Of a DNA stretch of 63,563 bases, positions 38,643 to 49,428 are shown piece by piece. Each line of letters starts with the position of its first letter. Position 1 is the first letter of the stretch. A model generated the notes under the pieces. It made no database searches and was not told the origin of the DNA. It was given only the letters and a program-made list of their open reading frames with translations. The DNA comes from an uncultured virus (IMG/VR IMGVR_UViG_3300042261_001262) (lineage: Duplodnaviria; Heunggongvirae; Uroviricota; Caudoviricetes). The stretch lies in IMG/VR virus record IMGVR_UViG_3300042261_001262, one strand, 5' to 3'. The position numbers and the translations under genes are program-made.

Positions 38643-39494
38643 TTAAATTATAAAATTGCCTCCAGTAGTAATTTCGAGTGATTCAAATGCATCTACTTTA
38701 ACGAATCCAGTATTACATCTTGTCGCAGATATATATGAAGCATCGCTCATTAATCCGATGCTAATTTCATAATCTTCTGCTTGAATAGGAAATATTACAG
38801 TGCTTCTTAGTGTTAAATCTGCATTTGTTTCATCTAATTTTGATGCTTTTGGATCGCTAATATATTCATTGAATAAAAATATTGCAGTATCTGGAATATG
38901 AATACCTTTAAATAAGCTATCCTGAATAAGATATTCAATATATTTTGCATCATTTGCTAAACTTGTAATCATGTTTCTTGCTGCTTTATCAATTTTAGTA
39001 TTACAAATTAATGAACAATTACTTAAATCTGGAAGCTTAACATCTTCAATTAAAGTTTCTACTTGTTTTGGTAAAAATAATTTAATTTCGCCGTTAGTAA
39101 TAATGAATCTTGAATTTTCAATATCATCAAGAATAAATATATCGTTGTTATTTCTAAAGTTTTTGAACAATCGTATATATTTTTTTGGATTGATGATTTG
39201 AAGATTAATTTTATCACTATCAAATATCTCATGAATATCTGAATTTATAACAGAACCAGAAACTGATTGTGTTATTGCTGAGTTTCTAATAATTAAAGAT
39301 TCATTGGAACCTTTATCTGTTATTAATACATTCAATACCTTCAACAAACTATCAAATTTAGCCGGAGTAATCTGACAAATAAGATTTGTTGTACTTTCAG
39401 GAACAAAATTCGATACTGAAAGTGGAGAAATATTCTCTTCATTTTCAGTGGATATTTCATCATAATCATTTTCCATTATATTATCTATTTCCAT
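38643..39494 (-). CDS. hypothetical acidic protein, possible sliding clamp
   Basis: Size, acidity and alternating helix/strand pattern suggest PCNA/gp45; a clamp loader is present in the window. Confidence 0.35.
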   Translation of the reverse strand: MEIDNIMENDYDEISTENEENISPLSVSNFVPESTTNLICQITPAKFDSLLKVLNVLITDKGSNESLIIRNSAITQSVSGSVINSDIHEIFDSDKINLQIINPKKYIRLFKNFRNNNDIFILDDIENSRFIITNGEIKLFLPKQVETLIEDVKLPDLSNCSLICNTKIDKAARNMITSLANDAKYIEYLIQDSLFKGIHIPDTAIFLFNEYISDPKASKLDETNADLTLRSTVIFPIQAEDYEISIGLMSDASYISATRCNTGFVKVDAFESLEITTGGNFII

Positions 39495-39509
39495 TTAGGA
39501 TTCTCCCTT

Positions 39510-39878
39510 TTAGTATCGTATTGAAAATGATAAACTATCTAAAACTGTTTCTAGAACTAACATTCTATTATATATTGATGGATTTTCGTTTTGATTCATA
39601 ATAAATTGATTAATGCATGGCATTATTTTTTTATTAAAATCATCGCGAAATAATTCACAATCATGATTAGAATCGAAAAAGACAATGAAAACCTTTTCAG
39701 CATCATTTTTATTTATATGAACTGGACGTGGACTACAAGTTGTAATTGTTTTTTCAATGATTTGACCAATCCATTCTTTAGGAATAGATTTTAAAACAGA
39801 TGTTTCTTTATAAACTTCTTTCGGATCTATTCCATATGATTCAAATTCTTGTTCATGAATTAATTTTTTATGTTCCAT
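39510..39878 (-). CDS. hypothetical protein
   Basis: ORF with GAGG RBS. Confidence 0.6.
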   Translation of the reverse strand: MEHKKLIHEQEFESYGIDPKEVYKETSVLKSIPKEWIGQIIEKTITTCSPRPVHINKNDAEKVFIVFFDSNHDCELFRDDFNKKIMPCINQFIMNQNENPSIYNRMLVLETVLDSLSFSIRY

Positions 39879-39946
39879 ATATACCTCTTTTTTTATTTAA
39901 TAAAAACAGAATTGAAAGGGGGAGTTTTTACGTCCCCCTTTTTGTT

Positions 39947-40525
39947 CTAACTTGCGGCCGCGGCCAGAGTTTTCGAGGTCTCTTCAACAGCATCGTTGAC
40001 GAGATCTTCAATCTCTAGCCCTTTGCGGAGCTTGGAGTCTTGCCCGATAGTGTCCGGATCAATGATAACCAATCTCCGTTTCTTCGGTTTCTTTCCCGAA
40101 GAAACCGTCCTGACCCAACGATCAGGATCAAACTTCGAGCCGACGAATTCGTTAGTTTTAACGAATCCCTTGGTTTCGTTGCGGTAATCAATCTCAATAA
40201 GGCGGGAGGCCTTCTTGAAATTGACCAATTCGTCTATTTCTTCACTTCTCTCCCCGTGAAACTTCGCCTTTACTTCTAAGAATTCTTGAGGGAGATTCTT
40301 CTCCGCCCAAATTTTGAAGTCTTGGACGATTTTGCTTTTCGGAGAAACCTTCGTACCGAGCCACATGGTATGTGACTCATTAAGTCGATAGTATGCTGTT
40401 GCCCGGCACGGTGGTTGGATCTCTCCGGTGTCTTTGTCCATAAACTGCAGAATACCCACTAGAATTTTCATATCTCCTCCTAAAATAAGATAACGGACGT
40501 ACTTCAAGTCCGTTTTTGATAACAA
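39947..40525 (-). CDS. hypothetical protein, GC-rich (probable start MKILVG at 40471)
   Basis: AGGAGGAG RBS; two promoter motifs upstream; hairpin downstream. Confidence 0.65.
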   Translation of the reverse strand: MLSKTDLKYVRYLILGGDMKILVGILQFMDKDTGEIQPPCRATAYYRLNESHTMWLGTKVSPKSKIVQDFKIWAEKNLPQEFLEVKAKFHGERSEEIDELVNFKKASRLIEIDYRNETKGFVKTNEFVGSKFDPDRWVRTVSSGKKPKKRRLVIIDPDTIGQDSKLRKGLEIEDLVNDAVEETSKTLAAAAS

Positions 40526-40598
40526 TATAATTTCTATATAAATATATTAAATACTAAAATTATTCATAATTGTTATTTCTATATAAAAGTTGAAAATA

Positions 40599-43500
40599 TT
40601 AAACAATTTCTAATCCAAGACCTGTTATATATAAATTGAAAATATCTCTTGTACCTCCAGTTTTTGATATTTGTTGAATAGTTTGTAAATCACCAGTTTC
40701 AATTATATTATTATATAAATCTCTTTTTGCTCTATGTTCATCACTTCTTGGCCCGAGTAATTCTGTTAAAATATTTTTTGCATCATATGTTAAAAATGCA
40801 TATATATCAAGTCTTCCTATTGCTTGTCCACCTTCTTGTGATTTTCTTTTTGTTGGTTGTCTTGTTAGACCAACAAATCTTCCAGTTCCTCTAATATTAG
40901 CAAAATCATCTGAATAATGTTCTAAAAAGACAAAATATGATACACCAACAGGAACTGGTGTATCAGTCCATTGATCAAATTCTGGAATATATACTTTTTC
41001 TTCGAGAGGAATATCAAGAAAATCAGCGGCAGATTTGATACTTTTGTAATTGACATCTTGAAATGGTTCAATCATACAAATTAATCTAATATTATCTTCT
41101 TTAATATTTTTTCTTAATTGAGCTAAGTTATATTGTTTTAATACTTGTTCGACAGATGCAACAAGCTTAGTTAATCCAAGAATTGAATAAATGTCAGTGA
41201 TAAATTTAACGATAGTATCAACTGTTATTTTACTGTCATCTGCCATTTCTTTTAATCTAATATTAGCAAAATAAAAAATCTTGCCCAGATATAATTCTTT
41301 CAACATACTTACATTCTTTCTGCTAAAAACTCCAAGCGGGGAAAGAAATATATCAATTTTCGGAGAAATTTCTCCTCTTGGTGCTTGAGTTAAAATTTTA
41401 CTTATAACTCCTTTAGATCCATAACGATTCGAAATTTTATCGCCAATTTTAAGATCTTTTTGTCGCCTAATATAATATACTACTCTTGCACCATTAAATA
41501 AATTTCCTTTATATTTATGATTTCCGAAATTCATAAATGAAAGATCCATATTATCTGTTGCTTGAACCTTTTTTGATGGATCTTTAATAGATGATTGTAA
41601 CTTATTAATGATATTTTCTTGTTCTTTAACCAAATTATTATGAAAGTTAAGTAGTTGTTTATCAACAGAATTTTTGTTATTGATAAATACTTTAATGTCG
41701 ATAATATCTCCTTCAGGTGCAAGAAGTTTTAAAGTTTTATCTCCTGTTGAATACATATCAATTGCTTCAATATCTTCTCCAGTATCAATTTGTGTAGTTT
41801 CTAAATAATCTTCTACACTATTTTCATAAGTAAATTCAACTAAAGTATCCCCATTGTTTACATGTTTATTTTTTTCTGTTTCAATATTGATAATTTTTAC
41901 TTCTGGGGGAATTATAAGTTGAACAGGTTCAATAACATCTGTTTTTGTATTTTTAGCTAATTCATCGGATATCACATATGCATCTTCGTGACTGTCGTAT
42001 TATTAAATAAGAATCGCTAATTCTTATTCAGTTTAAAACTGCTCTATATTACTATAGAGACTAGACTATATCATCATCCTTAGATTTTAAGGATGCTCCC
42101 CATTTCGCTGATGCTTATCAGCTACGTCTTTCGACTAGTCGTTACACCTTCAACTAACAATTAACGGTTGTTAGAAGCTTGGCTCGGTATTGTCCTTTAC
42201 AGGAGATTCACCGAATTAGAGGAGTTATTCGATCAGGATTACTCCTGAAAGGGACCATTGTTTTAATCCATCATAATTCATTAGAGCAATAAATAAATTT
42301 TTGCCGGCACAATACGAACCATTTTTATTAAAATTCTTAGTAAATGCTATAGGTTGATTAGCTAAGAATTTTTCTTCAGGTTGTAAAGTATCCATTTCTA
42401 ATGCAATATAAGATCCTCTTTTTGTTCTACTTAATCTTGGTAAAATATCTAAAACTTCTCTTGTTCCATCATTATATTTAACAGTTAAAGTTTTATTTGG
42501 AACAACTTCAACAATTGTTCCATTTTTCTTAGCAGTATGGATAAATCTAGTAGATGCTAATTGAGGAACAATAAATTCAGCTCCAGTACAAATTAAGGGT
42601 GTTTCAGAGCCAGAAATTGGTGTTACTTGATTAGTATGAGTTCTTGCAAGCACTAATCTATCTGAATCAACTTGATTTTGAAATGGTGTTAATGCTTCAT
42701 CTAAACCTAATGTTTGCCATCCAGATATATTTTCAATATTTTTCATTCCATAAGAACCATATTTATTAATAATAATAGGGGTTAATGTATGGAATGTAGT
42801 TAAGCCAACATCAGCATATTCAGTTGTTGAATTTGCTGATATATTACCATATTGGCTAGGATGTATATTGCGATGTTCTCTTTTGAAGCTACGTTTCGAC
42901 GGAACTCCTCCCTTACCACTCTTGATTACACGAGAACTCTGCATTATTTCATTAACAGGGGATACGGGAGAAACATTTTGAAGAACTCCTCCTCCTTCTC
43001 GTGTTAATAAATTATTAATAACATAATCAGTATCAAAAAACAGAGTTGCTGATTCATCACCAGATTCAACTTTATTTCTATAAAAATTGTGAGACATTTT
43101 AATCTGTCGATAAACAAGATTTAAAATAATTTCACTTAATCTTGATCTATATATTTTAAGATCTGACAATGAATCCATTTTCTTATTTAATAATTGATCT
43201 ACAGCGGTAGTAGATGAAAGTGATATAATATTTGTTGGTAAATCTTCAAATTGTAATAATTCTTTTGTTACAGGATCTACAAAATTTTCAGTTAACAAAC
43301 TAAGTAAATTAATAGATCTTGAACCATAATTATCTGCAATGTATTGGAATGTTTCTTGTGGATCATCTAAATTTTCTATTGGTGTTTTAAATTTCACACT
43401 AGATAATCCATTTACAATTAATTCTTCTTTAATATTCTTTGGATTGATTACTAAAAATTTATCATCTTTAGTTGGAATACATATTTTACTATTATCTTTC

Positions 43501-45494
43501 TTATCTGCTATTTCATAATTAATACCATAATCATTTAAAGCAGTTAAGAGACCCTTTCTACTCCATAAATAGAGAATTAAAGGCATTTTTAATGAGCCGA
43601 TATAAATCCAGATGTATGGAATAGACTTTTTAGTTTTTGTTAATCTATCATCTGGATTTATTGCTTGAATTTTATTTAAAACCATACTATATAAAAATTC
43701 ATATTGACCTTGATTTAATTCTTCTTTCGTATCTTGATTAACTAAGTGACCAGTATCATCATCTAATATGATTGTCAAATCCTTAGATTCATATATAGTT
43801 TCTCCAGCGAAATTAATTATGCTTCCATCTGAAAATTCACACAACTGATCATCTAAGTTTTTGATTAATTTTGGATATTTTATTTGAAGATATTTACAGA
43901 TTTCTTCTATATCACTCGGATTATATTTATTATTTGCTAAACCAACATGTACAATACCATAATTTGATATCATACGAACTTCATTTTTATTAGTTTTCGT
44001 TACTGGTCTAAGAAATTGTTGAGTACTCATGATGTAGAAATTATCATGTAATTTAAAATATTTATCATTAACCGGAGAAGGCACCTTTAATTGAATAGTA
44101 TATGGTTCCTTTTTTCCTCCATTTATATTTTGTAAAACAACATTGTAAAGAATAAATCTATCTGCATTATTATCTTGAACACTCCAAGTTATTTTCTTAA
44201 CTTTGATTGGGCGTTCTGATCCAATAGTTTCCAATGATCCAAATAATTTTCTGACATTTTCATGAATAGCATTTTCAAATTCAAATTTTTGACGAAATTG
44301 TCCGGTAGTATAATCTAAATCTATAATTTGGTTAGGTTGTATAATTAAGTTTTTAATATTTGGTATATTTAAAGACATTTTATAAGTATCTATTTCTTTT
44401 AACTTATTGATTAATAATTTTGGATTATCTAAATATTCTTCTTTGATTTCATCTGTACCATATAATGTAAAATTAATTGATTTTAAAACGACATGTTCTG
44501 CTTCATCTTGTGTTAATTTATCTTTGTGGGTATTAATGTATACATCTAAAGAATTTTTTACAGCACTGACAATATCAGGATCAGTTATTCTATATGATTT
44601 AAGTATTTTTCTAAGTTCTTCTTGGTTGACTTTTAACTCTATCTTATTTTTTTCTTTAACAGGTTCGGCAATTAAAGTTGACAATGTTAATTCTTTAACT
44701 AAATTAGTTAGCAATGATGGTTTTTTCTCTTCATCTTCCTCATTTTCTTGATTGGCTACTACAACTTTTTCATAAGTAGATTTTGCTTCTTCTTCTAATT
44801 CTATAAATTTTTCCATTTTTAATAGATTAGGAAGAATTAATCTGACTTCACCTTTTTCTTTATTTAAAATTGGAAATAATACATCTTGACAATCAGATAT
44901 CATGGTAAAATTATCAAAGAAATTTAGTTTCTTCAAATCATCTGATTTAACTAAATTTCTAATATGTTTAAAAAAGTTAAATAACTTTCCTTGTTGATTT
45001 TTTATGAGCAATATAAAATCAACAGAAAAAGAAGGATTTGATCTTTTAAGCTTATTAAAAGTTTGTTCCAATTCTTTAAATAAAAATTTTGCCACTATCT
45101 TTTCAGAATAGTGCTGAAGAAGATAATCAAATGCTTGACTCCACATTGAAAAATCATAGAAAAAGAATTTTGAGGTTTTTGAACTTTCTTGCTCTTTATC
45201 GGCTGGAAAAGTTGCCAATACTTTAATTTTCTTTCCTTTTTTATTTTCATTTAAAGCCATCAATCTTTTTTTCACTTCAAGATAGTGAGCTTTACCATTA
45301 AATTTTTTATTTCCAATTGTGAAAATTTTATTTGGACTTACTAATCCAACACAATTAGATAATAGCAAATTACTATTATATAATTCATTCCAAATTTGTA
45401 AATTTGTATCTGGAAGAACTATAAATATTGTATTCTTGTTAACATATAATTTTTGACGTATGATATAAGTTGGTTGTATAGATGAATAATTCAT
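40599..45494 (-). CDS. rpoB: multisubunit RNA polymerase beta subunit; exons 42266-45494 and 40599-41995 (1541 aa spliced)
   Basis: RNIHPSQYG, TPFQNQVDSDR, spliced NYDG|YSHEDAYVIS, IGDKISNRYGSKGVIS, SPLGVFSRKN, GGQAIGRLD and RSD. Confidence 0.9.
41996..42265 (-). mobile_element. ORF-less group I intron in rpoB (270 nt)
   Basis: P1 GGAT/GTCC with U.G; core nearly identical to polB introns 1 and 3; terminal G; removal restores GYSHED. Confidence 0.87.
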
Positions 45495-45504
45495 TATAAC
45501 TCTC

Positions 45505-46002
45505 CTAATTCTTATAATTAATATCTTTAAATAACTGCTCAAAATTCATTTTTAATAGATTTTTAAGATTATAAACAAATACATATTCATATGAATCATC
45601 AAGTTCTATTATTAAACTTAAATGAAATGGAACTTGATCTAAAAATTGATTAGTCATTAATAAAGGGGTTTGATGTTTAAATTGACAAATAAGAAAAATA
45701 ATCTCCTGGTTTGTACCAAGAGATTCTTTTTTAGCTTTTTTATACCATTTATTAATAATTTCATAACCCCAAAAAGTAGGTATTTTTTCTTTATATCCAG
45801 ATTTAATTTCAATCATAAAACCAAATTTTTTCCATCCAAATTGATCAATTTGTTTCATAGGAAAAACATCACCAACATAAATTGTTTTATCACTTCCAGA
45901 TGTTGGATGTCTTTTTAAAACATCTGGATCATTAAACATCCATATACTTAGTTGTTTAGCTTGTTTACGTTCTTCAGCATTTCCTTTTTCTTTAGGATTC
46001 AT
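45505..46002 (-). CDS. Holliday junction resolvase-like PD-(D/E)xK nuclease
   Basis: KEKGNAEERK...SGS...GDV...IEIK. Confidence 0.65.
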   Translation of the reverse strand: MNPKEKGNAEERKQAKQLSIWMFNDPDVLKRHPTSGSDKTIYVGDVFPMKQIDQFGWKKFGFMIEIKSGYKEKIPTFWGYEIINKWYKKAKKESLGTNQEIIFLICQFKHQTPLLMTNQFLDQVPFHLSLIIELDDSYEYVFVYNLKNLLKMNFEQLFKDINYKN

Positions 46003-46118
46003 TTTTTCTCCGAAACAAAAAAAATTGGAGGGAGAGAAAATGAATCCTCTCCCTCCTCTAACCAAGGAGGAACCAACCTACTGATATTATTTCTTTATCA
46101 AATAGGTGAATATCAAAA

Positions 46119-47909
46119 TTAATCATGATAATATTTTTCAACAACTATTTTCTCTATTGGGTCCATTTTAGCGTCCTTACCCTCTAATAAACCAAGTTTA
46201 ATAGCTCTATTTATATTTTCAAATGCTAATGAATTTAACCAACTAGTCTCATATGGTAATTTCTTTTGTCCTAAAATTGCAACTTTTTTATAGTTTATAA
46301 GTCTGGCTGGTATAGTGAAATCATCAGCATCTCTAAACATGTTGCTGACTATAGATTCAATATGAACCAAATCAATGCCTTTTAATTTATCATGAATTAC
46401 AAGAGTGAGAATTTCAGGATTATTTAGATATTTTGCATTACCTTCAAACAATCTATTCATAATACGTTCATCATATGCATCATTGTAATATTCTTGATAT
46501 AATATTGTTTCTCCTGGTTCATAATGTAAAGCAGTTATATTTTTATTTTCTTCATAATTATTTGGTTTCATAAGATTTACAACTATATTAATCGGCAAAA
46601 CGACTTCTTTAAAATCAGGTGGTTCACCAAATTGAACATTTAATGTACCAGGAATTTGGTATCTATCACCGCAATCAATAAAAGCTTCTTGATCATTTTC
46701 ATAATCTTTTTCATCTAAAAATATAGTACAACTTTGTTTAGCAATGATGGTTGTTTTATTAATTTCGAAATAAATTTCTAATTTTGTTATATCTGTACCT
46801 GATTTTTTAATCATATCAATGAAATTAACTTCTTTTGTAGATACAGATGATGATTTGTGTCTCATTTTCATTAAAGTTTCTACACCAACTGTATTAATTG
46901 CTCCACCAGCTAATATACCAATATTTTTAGAATTTAATATTTTCCAAGAATCTCCATAACAAATTGGACATATTCCATTTTCAGCTTTACAATACAATGG
47001 GGATCTTAATCTAATGGTTTTATTCAAAATTTCATTTGGATTGGTTATTTTTTTTAATTTTGAATTTTCATCAACATAATAGCGGTTTAATAAAATATTA
47101 GCTAAACTTTCATCAACTGTGATTGTAAAATATCTTTTAGTTTTACAATCTGATATAGAATCATCAATTTTTAAACCTGCATTAGCCATTACAGTTTTAG
47201 CAGTTAAATATCCAGGTTCAGCAGTTAATGCAGATCTAAAAAAGAAATTCCTTCTAGCTTCTGCTGCAGCGTTATAAAAATTTTTTCTATTATAACCATC
47301 ATTGATTGATTGGGTAATTGGTCCTAATAGATTGCCTTCAACATCTATAACATAACCTTTTGCAACCATTAATATCATCCAATCATCAACTGGGTTTCCT
47401 TTTGGACCAAATTCTAATATATTTTCTAATCTATAACCTGATTCAGCCACATATTTCAATAATTCTTTATTTAATTTTTCTGCTTCTTTTTTAAATTCAA
47501 TAGGAGGTAATTTATCGGCTATTTTTAAAAATTCCTCTTTATTTTCAAGCCAATCATTTGGAGGAATAAATACTTCAATATTAAATGAATTTGGAGATAA
47601 TGTTGCTAATTTAAAAGCTTCTGATTGTAATGTTGTTAGATATTCTGTTGCTTTTTCAACACCATATTTTTTATAAATATCGATAACAAGTTGATTAAGA
47701 TGTTTTTTATCCTGTGTTTCATTAACTAATGGAAAATCGTCCGGTAAACAAATGTTAAACCAAGCTCTTCCTAATGATATATTCATATGTCTGTTACCAG
47801 TTTTTATTGGGTGCACATAGCTAACTTTATCTTTTAATGATGTTCCTTCTTTCATCATATTGTATACATCTTCTGGACTAGCTAACATTGGTTCAGATAA
47901 TCTAGACAT
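46119..47909 (-). CDS. rpoC: RNA polymerase beta' subunit, C-terminal part
   Basis: Bridge-helix-like ARRNFFFRSALTAEPGYL, DCKT, LRSPLYC, ICPICYG and SWLNSLAFEN. Confidence 0.88.
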   Translation of the reverse strand: MSRLSEPMLASPEDVYNMMKEGTSLKDKVSYVHPIKTGNRHMNISLGRAWFNICLPDDFPLVNETQDKKHLNQLVIDIYKKYGVEKATEYLTTLQSEAFKLATLSPNSFNIEVFIPPNDWLENKEEFLKIADKLPPIEFKKEAEKLNKELLKYVAESGYRLENILEFGPKGNPVDDWMILMVAKGYVIDVEGNLLGPITQSINDGYNRKNFYNAAAEARRNFFFRSALTAEPGYLTAKTVMANAGLKIDDSISDCKTKRYFTITVDESLANILLNRYYVDENSKLKKITNPNEILNKTIRLRSPLYCKAENGICPICYGDSWKILNSKNIGILAGGAINTVGVETLMKMRHKSSSVSTKEVNFIDMIKKSGTDITKLEIYFEINKTTIIAKQSCTIFLDEKDYENDQEAFIDCGDRYQIPGTLNVQFGEPPDFKEVVLPINIVVNLMKPNNYEENKNITALHYEPGETILYQEYYNDAYDERIMNRLFEGNAKYLNNPEILTLVIHDKLKGIDLVHIESIVSNMFRDADDFTIPARLINYKKVAILGQKKLPYETSWLNSLAFENINRAIKLGLLEGKDAKMDPIEKIVVEKYYHD

Positions 47910-48078
47910 CTCTTCACCTCTTAATTGTATTAATAGGTTTTCTGAATTTATTCAGATTTAATTTAGTACCTAAAAATTTTTTATTCTTCTCTTTTAATTT
48001 ATTAATATAACTAGGTAATGTTGGACTTTTAAATAATTTAAAAACTTCGAATAATGAAATCATTATAAACTCCTCGAA

Positions 48079-48648
48079 TTATGGTTTTTTAAATATACAC
48101 ACATATCCAACAGCTATTTTTTCATAATTATTTTCAAGTAGATATGGTATTAATTGTTTGCCTTTTCCTTCCCAACTATCTATATTAAATATATCATCAA
48201 TCATTACATATCCACCAGATTTTAACATTCTTTCTGCCTTTTTAAAACATATTAAATGAGATTGTTCAGATATTTTTTTATCAAAATCTGAACCTTTCCA
48301 ATCCCAAGCATCAAGATATAATAAATCAATACTTAAATTAAAATGGTCAAAAAATGTTAGACCATCTCCATTAATAAGAAATATATTATTTGTTGGTATT
48401 TCATAGGTTTTAATAATATTTGCACAGGAAGTAATAGCTTGAGGAAGAATATCAACAGATGTTAATCTTCCTCCATATGCGTTAATATACCAAGCAAAAA
48501 GTGGAGTGGAGTATCCATCTCCACTCCAATTATCAACAATACGTGTCATACCAATTTCTACAATATTATGTTCTTGAGAAGATCTTTCATCCATTAATTT
48601 TAATATCAAATCAAAAAAATCTTTTCTTCCATAAGGTGGTTGAATCAT
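48079..48648 (-). CDS. class I SAM-dependent methyltransferase
   Basis: IVEIG, SVDI, DLLYLD and GGYVMIDD. Confidence 0.75.
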   Translation of the reverse strand: MIQPPYGRKDFFDLILKLMDERSSQEHNIVEIGMTRIVDNWSGDGYSTPLFAWYINAYGGRLTSVDILPQAITSCANIIKTYEIPTNNIFLINGDGLTFFDHFNLSIDLLYLDAWDWKGSDFDKKISEQSHLICFKKAERMLKSGGYVMIDDIFNIDSWEGKGKQLIPYLLENNYEKIAVGYVCIFKKP

Positions 48649-48680
48649 TTAAATTGCTCCTTTATATTTTAACCACAACT

Positions 48681-49333
48681 TCATTCCAACTGCAATTTAT
48701 TTAAAACTGCAAATTCACCATGATATCTTATTGCTGCTTTATTATATTCTTTTGCTGCTTCTTTAATATCATCAAAATTACCAATATAAATACATTTTCC
48801 ATTAACTGTTATTGTTGATTGCCATTTTTTAGATCTTTTATGCCAACTAACACCTTTGAAGCCACTAATATTTTTTTATTTATTTTTTGATTTTGTGTAT
48901 TTTGTGCAGGAGTAGCAATTCTTAAATTAGAAATTAAATTATTTAAACCATTTCCATCTATATGATCTATTTGTTCATCATTTTTAACAATTTTACCAGA
49001 TAAATAAAGAATTAATTGGTGCAATCGAATGTTTTGTTGTTTTCCATTTTCATCATACCAAGTTCCTTCAACATATTTATTTTTATGTAAGTGCCATTTA
49101 AGCTTTTCTATTTCTAATTTATATTTGTGATCAAAAATAGTTTCTGCTACTTCTTTACATTTTTTATTGTATAATTTCATCTTACATATATTATTATCAA
49201 TTATAATTTCATTTGGATCTCGTTGAGATCTACCACCATTTTTTTGACGGGTTTTTATTAAGTTATAATGACTTCTGCAATAATTTTTACAATATGATTC
49301 TTTTTGACAATTTTCCATTAAACATTGTGTCAT
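48681..49333 (-). pseudogene. free-standing HNH-AP2 homing endonuclease with a frameshift at an A7 run (48871-48877)
   Basis: IDHIDGNGLNNLISNLR in the annotated frame; the -1 frame continues SGFKGVSW...EAAKEYNKAAIRYHGEFA to a stop at 48681. Confidence 0.7.
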
Positions 49334-49428
49334 ACTTAATTTTCCTCATACATAGGATTTTTAGAGAGTAAGATAGATGATGTAAGCATCTATCAACGCT
49401 GGCCAGCGTTGTCCTCTCCATATTTAAT

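Noticed and set aside
13418..45542. Stop-codon recoding or pseudogenisation to explain the fragmented polB and rpoB
   Set aside because: The breaks are fully explained by group I introns with in-frame junctions, and TAA, TAG and TGA all end intact genes.
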